From the NCBI RefSeq assembly GCF_011386835.1, contig NC_088804.1:29016001-29080000 (forward strand): a stretch of 64,000 nt of DNA. Direction: 5' to 3'. Numbering within the stretch: position 1 is the first letter of the stretch; the number at the start of each line of letters is the position of its first letter. Below are positions 35,301-47,795 of this stretch, one piece after another. The position numbers were made by a program, and so were the translations under genes. Origin of the DNA: Chrysemys picta bellii. Taxonomy: Eukaryota. The notes beneath the pieces are model-generated. The model was not told the DNA's origin. It was given only the letters and a program-made list of their open reading frames with translations, and made no database searches.

Positions 35301-36655
35301 GAAACATCGGTGTTTTCTCAAGATAGAGATGAGACTAGAATTGCAGTGAGCAGGACTGATGTGTTTGGGGGTGTTCGAATGGCAGCTATCAGCACTTTGG
35401 GTAGGGCTAACTAATCAGATTACCCCTTACTTTCTTGAACAATAAATTCACCTCCACAGTTTTTGACAAAAGAAAATAATGGGTCCCTTCTATGGTGCAC
35501 ATGCTGACACTGGCCAACAGTTAAAAGTTACTAGGGAATTTAGGTGCCTCTGTTTGGAGGTATCCAATTTGAGATACCTTAAATAGCCTTGGGTTTCAGA
35601 AAGTGCTGAAAGCTGGACTCAGTTTGGACACTCAAACACTGAGGCACCCAAATCATTCCCCCCTCATCTGAAAATTGTGGCCTTGTGTATTAGTTTGTGC
35701 TATGCAGTTCTACTATTTGACATATTCTTTTTTTAAAAAAAAATCTTAGTATATCACATCAGGCTTCCATAATTTTGCATGAGTAATTGTGAGCATAGAA
35801 GTGTGTGTTATCTGTGTTCACAAATCATATTCTTACCGGTGAACTGAACATGCAAATTATGCATGTTCATTTTTGCATGTGCACTTTTAAGAAAATTTGG
35901 GCCATCAGACCTACCATTTTATCACTGCCTGATCTTTACATTATCTTGTCAACAAAATGTGACTAAAAATGGCTTAAAAGATGGATCTGATTCTGAAACT
36001 AAGCAAGCTAGTTTTTATTCGCACATACTCGATAGCTCCAGATAATTTGTGATCTCATCCCTTATTAATAGTCTGTAGGATCTTGCCTACAACTGAGTTT
36101 AAGCTTATTGTTTTCTAATTTCCTGATTCTCTTGAATTTGTTTTCCTCCAAGCCTTCAGTATATCAATTTCTGTCCGAGGAGCTACTAAAAATCTCTTGC
36201 TGTTGTAGGACTCTACAGAGTATCCGGGAAGACTCTGAAGCTGTGTCTGTTCTCTAGTGATTTCAACTTACAAAAGACATGTTCAGGTCTGATTGCACCT
36301 GCCTGTGGTTTTACAGCATCATCCTCTAAAAAAAAATGTTTCTGTTTTAGGCATCTTATCTCAACTCCCTCATGAGCACTAAAAACTGGTTTGACTTTTC
36401 AGCTATTTTCCAAGCCTGTGTTAATTTCCTACCACTATATCTTACTTGTCCAATAGCTTCCCCTCTTGATCTCTTCTTTTATTATTTTCATTCACTTCCT
36501 GTGAAATTCTTCTGACATTTTTAGCTTCACTAATCTGCAGTTATAAAACCTGTCAGATTTGCCTCATAATCCCTTTTACATTTTATTTCCTTACACAAGT
36601 GAAAAGCTCTCTCTTACCTTTAAATTGTGATTAAAAAGAAGTCATGACTATTAAA

Positions 36656-36919
36656 GAGGCAGTGTGGCACAGAGGACTCAGGAGATGAGGGTTCTATTCC
36701 TGGCACTGCCACTGTCTTGCTGCTTGACCTTGGGCAAGGCATTTCACCTCCCTGTGACTCTCCCCTCACACTCACTGTCTGTCTTGACTATTTAGATTGT
36801 AAACTCTTAGGATCAGGGACTGTCTCTCACTAAATGTTTGTACAGTGCCTAGCACAATGGGGCCATGATCTCCATTAAAATATCTAGGTGCTACTGTAAT
36901 ACAAACTATAAATAATAAT
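36656..36919 (+). mobile_element. tRNA-derived CORE-type SINE with L2-like tail
   Basis: B box GGTTCTATTCC, core TGACCTTGGGCAAG, tail TTAGATTGTAAACTC...CAGGGACTGTCTCTC...CAGTGCCTAGCACAATGGGG...AATAATAAT. Confidence 0.85.
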
Positions 36920-37829
36920 GTTCTTCAGGTTAAATATCAGAGATTTTTTTAACAAACATAAAATAATAAAACGGGTGGTAGCACCTTACTAGTATGTACT
37001 TTATTTCTTTTATATTTATTCCACCAATACGATATACTTTAAAAAATGCAAACACTATGGAGTCAGCTTGAAGAAAAGCTGTTTGCAAAAATACAAATAT
37101 ACTTGGACAGTAAGTGTTCTGTGTGCCCTATGCACTTATTTGTATTTTAAGGAGGGCTTTCTTCTACATAGGCCAGCTTCTACTTTATCCTGCAATGAAG
37201 TCATAATCCATAATGAAGTTTTTGAACTGAGTCTGTTGCTATGCAAGTGAATGGCTGGGGTATTACAAATTCAACATCAGTGGGATTTTAGGTCCCAAAG
37301 CTGTAACTTGTTGCCTATGGGCAAACCTCTGTGCCCCACTGGAGTGAAGGCAGGGGTCTGCTCATGTGTTACAAGTTATTGAATTGGGGCCTCGCTGCAG
37401 GATTAAACAGAAGGAAATGAGAGCTGAGTGAAAAAACAAGTCTGTGAAAACGACATTTGGGTGAAAAACAGAAACAAATATTTTTTTCACTTCCCCTCCC
37501 CCCCCCCCCTTTTCAAACCAGCTATTGAGGAAATTATGGGCTGTGGAGGATCATATCTTTGTTAAAACATAAATTGCTGTGTTAACTGGTATACATGACA
37601 AGATAAATTGTGAAAAACATAACCCACATTTTCACAATTGTGTATGTAAAATTAGGCACTTTCATCCATATTCATCTGAAACTGAATCAACAGGAGATGC
37701 ATAAGCTCAGCACATCTGGAAACAGGGCCACTTTTATTGAATGTCCTAAATATGGAGTGTTACCAAAGTCCATATGTTTAAACCTGCATACATTTGAAAA
37801 TATGAGGTTTTTATGCAGTAGATTTCTAT

Positions 37830-37995
37830 TCTACCTAGGTACTTACACTACCACCTCAAAATCGTTAATTGGCTTTTATCTCCATTTGATGTGTATAATT
37901 TGCCCAACGTCACAAAGGAAGCTTGTGGCTGAGTCAGGAATTGAAGCTAGTTTCTCTATAGCCCAGGCTTGTGCTTGATCTCTGAAACCATCTGT
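37830..37995 (-). mobile_element. MIR-type SINE, decayed
   Basis: TTGCCCAACGTCACA...GGCTGAGTCAGGAATTGAAGC is the reverse complement of the MIR core and B box. Confidence 0.5.
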
Positions 37996-38269
37996 GCTGC
38001 CTTTGAGACTAAGAAGCTGGATTTACTCAAGGACTCTATCAAATGAGGTACATTTAAAAATCAAATTGGACAAAACATAACCAGAAGATGGGCTGAATTG
38101 GTCAGAGAAGCTATATTAAAAAACTTCATCGTAACTTGTGGATATTCTTCCGTGAGGATGCCTCTATCAGGGACTATGGTAATTGAATTATTTGACACAC
38201 ATGTGTTCTTTAAGCCAACTTTGCTTCCTCTGAATGCTGGTTTTGCTGGAGCCTGTGTGGACCCTAGTA

Positions 38270-38680
38270 TAATTCACAGGAGCCAAAAGGTTGATCCAAG
38301 TTGCAGCAGCCTTTAAAAGCTACCTATTGGCTGCCCCACAAGCCCAAAACAGCTGGACCATAGTGGTGGCTGACTATCCCCACCCCTGCCCAGGCACACC
38401 CTTTGGCTGAGGGGCAATGCAAGAGGATTGAACAGGGCTGCTATGCCTATCGCTAGGGCTTGTGTCTTGGCTCTCCAGGTGGAATCCCTGTTGGGGGTGC
38501 ACCGTCCTTCCAGTGCAAAACTGGGAGCCTGGAGATTTGGGAACAGGTTTCCAGCGTCTGTCTCTCCTGGGCAGCCCCTCCAGGGAGGCTGCACTGGGGT
38601 TGGGGAATCCAGGGCTTCCTGTGTCTGTTACTCCAGGGCATGTGGACTTCCCTGGGCCAGGGATATGATGCATTACCAGT
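38270..38680. mobile_element. GC-rich non-autonomous element remnant
   Basis: Abrupt GC rise in AT-rich surroundings; resembles long GGGCC-type MITE interiors (compare 54558-54870); explains the stacked spurious ORFs. Confidence 0.4.
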
Positions 38681-39234
38681 GAGACAACAGACCAGCCATG
38701 CTAAGCAACTGTTAAGAAAAATGACTAGAGTAGAACAGTTTGTGAAATGAAATTACAGTGATGCGTATCAGATGTCGCAAGAGCTATGTAAAAAAATAAA
38801 GTCAAGGCTGCAAGGATAAAATGGACCCACTCATATAGGTGCATCAGTAAATAATCCTGTTGTTTTCCTCTAGTTTTTACATTGCTCTCTCTCATATGTC
38901 AGGTAATCCCTCTTTCTCTAAGCTACCTTCCTTCTTACATGTATTGCCCCTCCTCCAATCAACTGTCTCCAGTTACAATAGCTCATTGTCACCCTGCACT
39001 GAACTATATAGAGGGAAAAAAACAGCAGCAAAATCACCAAGTATTTTAATTCCACCCAAACAATTAAAGAATTAGGACATAATTAATCTTTGATATAAAG
39101 TCATCCTACAATGGACTCTAGTACTGTATAGTTTTAGCATGTTTCAGTGGGCTACATATAATTCTAAGAATCTAAACCTGCAAAATCTTCTGTTACAGGT
39201 ATTTGTACATTAAAATGTTCTCACCTCTATGAAG

Positions 39235-40052
39235 TATTTGGGGGGACCTTTGTCCGGCTTAATGGAAAAAGGGAATTGCCTCCTCAATTGGAAGGATAGG
39301 GCCAGCAGGCTGTAAGGAAAGGGATCATTGCCCCTTCATGGCCCTTTTCTCCCCCAAGAGGGTACCTGATCTGCGGAAGATGCAGAAACACTTTAGCCAC
39401 ACCAGGTTGATGGGAGGACTTGCCCCACTCCCTCAGAGGTGACTGGAAAAGTAGGTGGCTACTTATACCCAAAGCTGTGCCAGCAGAAGCCCCTTTACCC
39501 AGATTAGGCAAGCAGCACCCCCCACCATGGTTAAATACCAGTTTTGTCATAGTCCGCTTAGGCAGTATGCTAGTCGCTCCTTTCTCCGGGGGCTGTGAAG
39601 GAACTTTTCCCTCACAGCTAGATTGGCCAAGGCAAGGTGGGGATTTTCACAGCAAGTTGGGGCGGGGGTGCTAGAGGGCTAGGCAAAGGGGGGTTAGGCT
39701 ATGAGGTCACAACACATTATGTAAGCTTGGGGCAGATATCCAGTGCAGGTACTCTGTAGGGAATGGGTACAGTGATCAGATTAAAATGGATTGATAAAGG
39801 ATTTAAAATAGGCATTCTGTAAAGGAATGAAGAAAGGAGATTCAGGGCTCCTCTGACTGGTTCGGGACTCCCCTTCCTTTATAGTCCCTCCCTTAACCAT
39901 CATACAAGGGGAAGGAATAGCAGGGTCCCAGCAGTGGGTTGGCTGGGACCTGAAGGAAAAAATGGGGAGGGCTGATTAAGCCCCTGAGTTTATGGAAATG
40001 ATGATGGAATTACCTGCACTGTACAATCTTATATACCGGACCCTCCCCAATA
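39235..40052. mobile_element. Unclassified ~820-bp GC-richer repeat
   Basis: Sharp compositional boundaries, loosely inverted G/C-run ends, CR1-3'-like motif at 39588-39650, minus-strand TATAAA at 39878-39883. Confidence 0.45.
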
Positions 40053-41285
40053 TTTAAGAGTAAAGTTGTGGCCTAATTAAAACCCTATATATTGTCTCCT
40101 GTCCTTGTTTCAAAATAGCCGGACAATGGAAAAAGCATGGAACATGTGATACCATTTGTATTGCATTTGGTAAGTAATTGCAATTCTTTGGAACTATCAG
40201 ACATAAGGTACTGTAATAAAAAATGTGTAGGGTTGGTGTTATAATATGGAGCTTAAGATATAAGTGATAATAAAATGCTACCATCCATAAAACTTTTTCA
40301 CAAATCTTTGCATGTTGGTTTTGCACCTGTAATGATTTTTTAAAAAAATATCTGAAATAGTAGGAAGGCGCTTTTTGGCATACTATTATTTCAAGACTTT
40401 GTATGGCATATTTTCCACAATTGATATGTTGCATTTACATTTTTTAATGGAATAGTAGGCCTGTGTCTTGATAATGATGTGAGATTCTCTCTTTGGTCAT
40501 CCAAACTGACGTTTAATAGACATCAAAACTCAGGGAAATTTGTGCATGCTATAATGCAATGGATTATCATAATAACTGAAATTATCAACATTAGAAGTTC
40601 ACTATATCTTTATAGCAGTGTCTCTTCCTGTAGAAAAATGAAACAGCGTGCAATCCAGTGGAGAAAAAGAACTTCCATTCTAATAGCTATTAATAGGATA
40701 CCAGAAATGCCTATGAATAATATGTTTAAAATGATCTTGGTTTCATCCAGAATGACATATAACTGCAACAAAGTAATATTTCAGAAAGACTTTTTTCCTT
40801 TATAAACTTGCGGAAGACTCAGCCATATCCATTTTTCTTTAGAATACTAAATTTATCTTTAACTAGTTTTTCTACAGTTATACCAGTTAATGTGAATTGG
40901 AACAAATGAGCAGTCCCGAAATTAGTTTTTACAGCATTTTTGTAATCTCAAGCCAAGTAAGACTAAGCAGTATGCTTTTTTCCTTCTTCCCTCCCACTCC
41001 CCCAATTGAAAACAGTTGTCTTTTCACTACTGTATATGTTGAACATTTTACATCTTATTATAAATATTTTTTCAAGGTGAAAGTCACTGTTGAAATTCTT
41101 AAATCCACACTTTGTGATAACCAATAGTAATGATGGTGTCAGAAATGTATACGATTTAATAGTGCAGAGCATTAACATATTGATTACCCAGATCCTTTGC
41201 TAACCCATGAATTGTAGCGACCTGAACTATGACAGATTTCAACTCTAACAAATCTAACCTGATCGACAACAAAAATAATCTATAA

Positions 41286-41482
41286 CAGTGGTTCTCAAAC
41301 TTGGGCCACCATGTGTTCAGGGAAAGCCGCTGGCGGGCCTGGCCGGTTTGTTTACCTGCCATGAACCACGGCCACTGGGAGCTGTGATCGGCCGAACCTG
41401 CAGACACGGCAGGTAAACAAACTGGCCCAGCCCGCCAGGGGCTTTCCCCGAACAAGCGGCAGCCCTAGTTTGAGAACGACTG
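41286..41482. mobile_element. hAT MITE, 197 bp, internally deleted
   Basis: TIRs CAGTGGTTCTCAAACT / AGTTTGAGAACGACTG (15 of 16); perfect 8-bp TSD ATCTATAA (41278-41285, 41483-41490). Confidence 0.95.
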
Positions 41483-44400
41483 ATCTATAACTACGAATGA
41501 TTTTTTTTTAAATGCAAAATAGCAGTATCTCAGCTCAATGGTAGTGAACAGCAGAGAAAAGCTTAACTATGGTATGGGGCCATATACTTAATACAAATTA
41601 GAGTACATTTTCTTCACAGCTTTTAAGTCTGTGTCTTTGCCACACCAGTCAAGGAAGTTTAAAATAAGGTTTTTTGTTTTTTTTTAAAGGCAATTGAATG
41701 TCTTTGGGTATTTTTAGATTTCCAAGTACAAGGGGAGAGAGCATATACACAGCTTGTTGAGTGAACAGTCAAATGAACTTAATTGAGAGCCTTGATGGAA
41801 TAGCCCATAGGGTTACAAAGAATAGGAGGTTGGCAGCAACATTGCAGGGACAAACAAGATGAGGCCAAAGGAGTCAGGGGGTGAAATTTCCCATGATATG
41901 GCTACCGGGCTATTAGCATAGCACAGAACAGTTAAGCAGCAGAACAGATGCCAAGGAAGAAACCAGATGAAGGCACCACTTAAACTTTATTATATTACTT
42001 CATTTAAAAACAAATGAAATAATGGAATTCTCAGGGAAAGTGCTAGTTTGACAGCTCTGGAGACTCAAATCCTCTACTTACCAAAGAGGCATTGAGAGTA
42101 CAAGTTAACCCCTTTCCTGTGATTTTTAGATACTAATCTTCAGAGCGTGAGATGAGGGGATAAATTATTTTCTACACTTACTGACTCCTTGGTCTATCTA
42201 GTGAGACTGTCAACAACAGTGCCACTTAGTGCCAGGTTTGGCTGTATGTCTTACGATGCGAACAATACACTTCCAGCAGGAATAGCTTATAACCACCAAC
42301 ACATGTCACACAGAGCCTTTGAACTGCCATCAGATACTAATTATCTTGCACATTTTTAAAGAAGATGAAGTTTAAAGTGGCAGAGTATGTAAAATAGGAA
42401 TTGGCACAAACTGGGATTCATTAATCTATGAGGTGTCCTACAGAGAAAATGCATGTTTCATTTTAAGTGCCTGGGAACGTAAAGGAGAGAGGACAATCCC
42501 AAAAAGGGTGAAGTGCAGTTTGACTATTTTTGTGAGAAGTTCCATTTTTTCAAAAAGCCATTTTCCATTCATAAATAAATCTTTTGACAGAACATTTTTG
42601 ACTAACTCTAATAACATGCCCCGCAACTATGTGGGTAAAACAGTGTCCAGGAAAATCATGACGACACAAGTCACACAGTGAATGAGGAACCACCTATTGA
42701 TCCATGGATACAATCCTGCATGCTATATAAAGTATGCACCAGTCAGCACACACACTTGTGCACTGGACTGACGGGCATAGTTTATAAAGCATGGATGGCC
42801 AACTGACCATTTACAAGAGGCACAGACTAAGATGCGTGGCCAATTCTGTATTCTTATGGGAGATCATTTCTGTGAGAGTTTTGCCTGCAGAAGGTCTACA
42901 GGAGGAATTCCTATATTTGGAAAACAAAATTAAATAAATGCAAAGAAATGCTAATTCTATCTGGGTTCTTATAGGGCACCTTTCATGATTGGGGTCTGAG
43001 CACCACAACCTGGATCAGTCAGACAGGCTATCAGATTTACAGAATCTATTTGACAATAGTCTGAATTAAATTCCTTTCTAAACAGAAGATTCTTTTTGCA
43101 TAGCAGCCTACTATCCCGCTGACATACTACCAAAGCTAATAATTAGTGCTTTTTATAAGGATTTTTACAGCTAACCTAATACTTCTTTTTTTTTTCATTG
43201 TGGCAGTAATAAAAGTAGAACAGATGGAGCAAATAGAAGTGCAGTCTAATTTTAGTTTTAGATGGGCATTTTCCAGAACTCTAGAATATCTGGGATTTAA
43301 TAACCCAGCAAATATTGACCACATTTTTAAATTAAAATATGTTCCTATGATGAAACAATTTTAAAACACCTGGAAAGTTGGAATAATGCTCTACTCTCTT
43401 GGATGAGTAAAATGGCAAATATTAAAGTTAATCTTTCACTGCAAATCATTTTCTTTTTCAAATCTTCCACTTCAAGTCCCTGAAAACTTTGGCTTTAATT
43501 TCAAGGGAATGAAAAGTCTCAGCATTAAGAGATACTCAAGACAGGCATTTTTAGAGGACCTCTAGCACAACCAAGCATGATTACTTAATGTTTTGCTCAC
43601 TGGAATAGTTTCATAGCATATCTCATTTTCAGGAGGTGCAAACAGACATATGGTAAATAAAGATGAACTCTTTGACAACCTCAGTGAGATCAAACTGGTA
43701 GAACTTCACTCATGTAACAGTATGGAATGTTGACCTTTTTATACTATTCTGCACATATATTGACAGATATGGATGTGTTTTCAGAAAGGAAAGCCTGATG
43801 TTCGTGCATAGAAATTTGTATGTTGTTTGCCTAATATTGCACATAGAACTCCCCAATTTCTGTGCACAAAGGCAGTAATGTAATGCTCTATTGTAGATGG
43901 AGAATCTTGGGACTCTATATTTTCTATTTTCCAAAAATGTATGTGGTACAATGTAGCAGACTGGAAAGAAAAAAAAATCACCAGGCATGACATAATGGCA
44001 TACTAGGAATACACTCACAATGGAGAAAAAAGCGGATATACAGAAAAAAAGATGTAAACCCGAGCAAGTATTTCACAGTTATTGAATATACAGAATAAAA
44101 ACATTGGGCAAATTAAAATCTATTCATCTACAATCCTGAAGATAAGTTTTTTACTAATAAGTTTGTCCTCTGCATCCATTAATGGATGTATTCTCCTATA
44201 AGTATAAAATTATCTTGAAACACAGTCTTTGAAGAGTTAGCTAATTATTTTCTTGTTAAATTGTCAATTAAAAAAACACAAATAAAACAAAAACTAGTCA
44301 GAGAACTTCTTTGTACTCATTTGAACATTTTCATCTTAAAATAAAATTCCAAGATGCAATTAATTTGGTTGAGCCAGTTGGGGGGAAAAAGTTAATGTTT

Positions 44401-45640
44401 GGTTTTGCTTAGTGCCAGAGAAAAATTAAATTTCCCAGCCTCTCTTAAAATGTACAATTGGTGTAAACGTCCATTATTTATTTATTAGTACCCTCCAGCC
44501 ACTTGGCCACTTATCTGTTGCTAGTATCCGGCTTCATTGGCCTCTGCCAAGTGTAATATTAGTGTGCTTTAAGCCTGAGGTAGTCTGAATTTTAAATCCT
44601 ACATACAAGTGATAGATTAGAGAGTTCTATTACAGGCAGTTTAGAATTTGCCTATTGAAGGATTATAAATCCTCAGGTTGTTAAAAAGGCATTGTATACA
44701 TCATTCTTTCATAGTCAACTTTTCTCTTGGCACAAATCTATTTCTACTTGTCAATAGAAGTGGTTTTACTAGATTAAAAAAAGAGATTATTTTATTAACT
44801 TAATGACTATTTTACTAATGTTTAAACCCTATTACAGATAATTGTTTTATATGAAATATCTGCACCAAATCAAAAATCTCTGTCACAAGTATTCTGCTGC
44901 TATATATTTCAAAATACCATGTCAAAAGATTCAAATGAACATAACGTTGTTATCACTCCTGGCAGACTTTCACTCACAGCATGAGATAAAAAGAAAAGGG
45001 GTTGTATTATAACTGTCTCAGATTACAGTCTACTGTAACTCACTTCCCTTTATCATCACTTATTGCCAAGTTAACAAAATGGGTGCACTGTAAATAAATC
45101 AGAATAATGTGATTCTGCTATCTGTCAAGCTTATTATGTTTTTTTTTAAATGAAGCTGGAACAACAAAAATGAAATATTAATTTGTGTTGCTTGTTGATT
45201 TTGTTCTTTGGAGATTCAGTTCATTTGCATTAAAATAAAATAGCAATTTAGATCAAATTTTCTACACAGTACACACTACGTACAATATAACAGACATAGT
45301 TCCAGTGGGTGCTTTGTATCAGCAGACAAGAACAGATTTCTCAAAACAAGCACATTCCATTCAGTACTGTTTCTCTCATTCTAACCAGCAGAAATAGCAA
45401 TGCAAGAATTCCTTTTGTGAGCAATGCAAGAATTCTGAGGGGAAATAAGAAGGATGGGAGAGAGTAAGAGAGATGGTAAGTGTATAAATGAGATGGAAGA
45501 GTTATAAAGATTGGATTTCCTGTGGGGGAACCTCGGAAAGCTGAGTAAATATTCTTTCACTAAGCAAATACAGTGTTCTAAGTGACCAAGGTATACAGTA
45601 TTCTCATCTGGTGCTAAATATATAGGGGCTTATTTGCATA

Positions 45641-45767
45641 GGCACTGATTCAAGAAAACCTCTAAATACATGCTTAAGCATGTGCTTAAAACATATTCAT
45701 TTCAATGGGACTTAAACATGGGCTTAAAGTTAAAAACATCCATAAGTGCTTTCTTGGAATCAGGGCC
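45641..45767. mobile_element. GGCC-ended palindromic MITE (PIF/Harbinger-type)
   Basis: Ends GGCACTGATTCAAG / CTTGGAATCAGGGCC; 3-bp flank ATA on both sides (45638-45640, 45768-45770). Confidence 0.65.
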
Positions 45768-45992
45768 ATAGATCCCATTAATCAAATTAGCTATGGTCCT
45801 AAACCCTCACACAGCAACATAAGATCTACCCCCAAAGATTGTATGTCTCCAGTGAAATGTTAACATTTACAATTGCCTCCATTCCCTGTCTGAGTAGCTC
45901 AACTGATAGCATCTCCTGCTTTCTTTTTAACATATTCTAGTTCACCCCTGGTCTCCTCAAACAAACTTACTATTTGACTACATGTGACTTAC

Positions 45993-46068
45993 CTTTCAGG
46001 AAATAATGAACAAACGGTGGCAGCACACATGTGTCAATTACCGTGAGCCTTCACTGTAATAACTTCCT
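45993..46068 (-). other. Candidate non-coding exon (76 nt)
   Basis: Minus strand: TTTCATTTTCACTGTAG| acceptor and AAG|GTAAGT consensus donor; stops in all frames. Confidence 0.35.
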
Positions 46069-46386
46069 CTACAGTGAAAATGAAACTAATTTACAGGTTG
46101 TTTTTATTACTAAATGATGTAAATATTCAGAGACCAGGAGGTTAATTGTATTGCAGTCTTGTCCTTCAGACTGAATCTATGCAAATTAGTCCAAGTAATG
46201 TGTTTTAAATTATGCCTTTTTTCTTCTATGATATGTTCATAGTTAAACTATCATTCTTTGCTAAAATTATGAGTCTACTGTGTCCTTTACCACACTCACC
46301 ATAAAAGCCAAATAGTGCACATGTATAGAGTCCTTTAGCTATGGTGGCTTACTGATTTTATGTTGTATCTGTTTTCTGCTTTGCAG

Positions 46387-46643
46387 GGATGTCTTCAAAG
46401 AATGTACCTAATAACTAAGGAGGCTTTGGATGAGAAATAAAAAGACCGTGGCTTGACCTTAAATCCAAGGCTATAAATCAGAAGTCTTATTAGACAGAGT
46501 CAAGGCTGTATCAATCATCCAAAGATGTTTCTAAATGTACGGCTGCAGAGATATTTGCCAGCATCACTTTTTTATATTAAAAGAAATATGCCACAGTTTT
46601 TCTATGGTCTCATTCTGACTTTTCTTGCCAAGCAGGGTGACAG
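46387..46643 (+). other. Candidate exon (257 nt)
   Basis: Branch-like TACTGAT about 30 nt upstream, CTGTTTTCTGCTTTGCAG|G acceptor, CAG|GTGAGA donor at 46643/46644; no long ORF. Confidence 0.3.
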
Positions 46644-47644
46644 GTGAGAAACTACTTAGAAACCCAGAGGTCAGCTCAACACAAACTCAGGCACAATCTT
46701 GCAATGAACTCTGAATGGTTGTAGGCATCTGTCTGCATGGAGCTCATTGTAGGAGGGCAACCCCATCTCTGACTCCACTGTAACTCATGAAACAGCATAA
46801 TCAAAATATAATACTAAGTGATTTAAAGTGCTGAAGAAATTTATACAGCTATTTCTAAAAAGTGGGGCACTTAAAGATCCACTTTTCAGACCTAGGCGAA
46901 TCCCTGACGCCCTGCTTTTGTGACACATTGCACTAAAGATGCCTCCTGACCCCGCACTGAGCCCTATTGAAATGAGGCGCAACACATTGTTGGATCAGGG
47001 CCTAAATCAAACAAAGGGATCACTTTTTATTTTAAGAGTGTGTGTGTGTGGGAAAACACAACAGAGCTTTTTACGAAGAGATTATCTATAAAAAAGCACC
47101 CCCTTAAGCTTGCATGAGACCCCCACTAACAATAAAATTGCATACCTCACCAGAAAATATGAACTCTTCTCCTGTAAAATTTTCTCTCCATCTCTGCATC
47201 ATATTTTGCTAATGTAAGTCTAAACTGTTTGTTTATAAGGTATCCATACCTGTCCTGAAGGCATCTAGGCGCCTAACAAAATACAACTATAACCACAGCT
47301 CAATAAAAAAGGCCACATGACCCTATAAATTCTGTACACAAAGAAAGAGAAGTCTGAAAAAAAAACCATCCTCCAAACAAAGGAACTGGTTCATAAGTAT
47401 GAAAAGGAAACCAAATAATTGAATTTCAGTCACCGTCTTCTCTCATGACCTTGACAAAAGATGACATGCTCCCCTCTGACCTTCACAATATTACACCTTT
47501 GGACAGTCAACAGTTCCAGCTATGCTGGGACTTATGATCACAGGCAGGATCTCAGGGAGACCAATCCTATAAACCCAGCCACTCAGTAGTTGCATAGCAA
47601 TTAGTGAGTAGTGACTGACCCCTGACCTCTCATTAACCAAAAAG

Positions 47645-47795
47645 AATAACAACATAACATATTTCATTTGTACAGTGCCTTCCTTCCAAGAATTTCAAAA
47701 TTAATTATGTACATTAATGAAGTGATAGACTTACAACACTCCTGTGAGGTTGGTAGGTATTAACCTAATTTTGCAATTGAGGCAACTAAGACAAG
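47645..47795 (-). mobile_element. MIR-type SINE, decayed
   Basis: TACAGTGCCTT...TTACAACACTCCTGTGAGGTTGGTAGGTATT...TTTTGCAATTGAGGCAACT is the reverse complement of the MIR tail and core. Confidence 0.55.

Noticed and set aside
36050-36620. Possible old LINE fragment on the minus strand
   Set aside because: Composition is suggestive, but I could not recover a diagnostic peptide motif.
38313-38750. Six stacked ORFs on both strands
   Set aside because: GC-rich repeat remnant; stop-poor by composition.
40054-40434. 126-aa ORF ending IYRVLIRPQL, like the LINE LYxxLVRPxLEY motif
   Set aside because: The rest of the frame is low-complexity and not RT-like; likely chance.
47131-47151. 21-nt in-frame minus-strand microexon candidate
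   Set aside because: Acceptor lacks a polypyrimidine tract.
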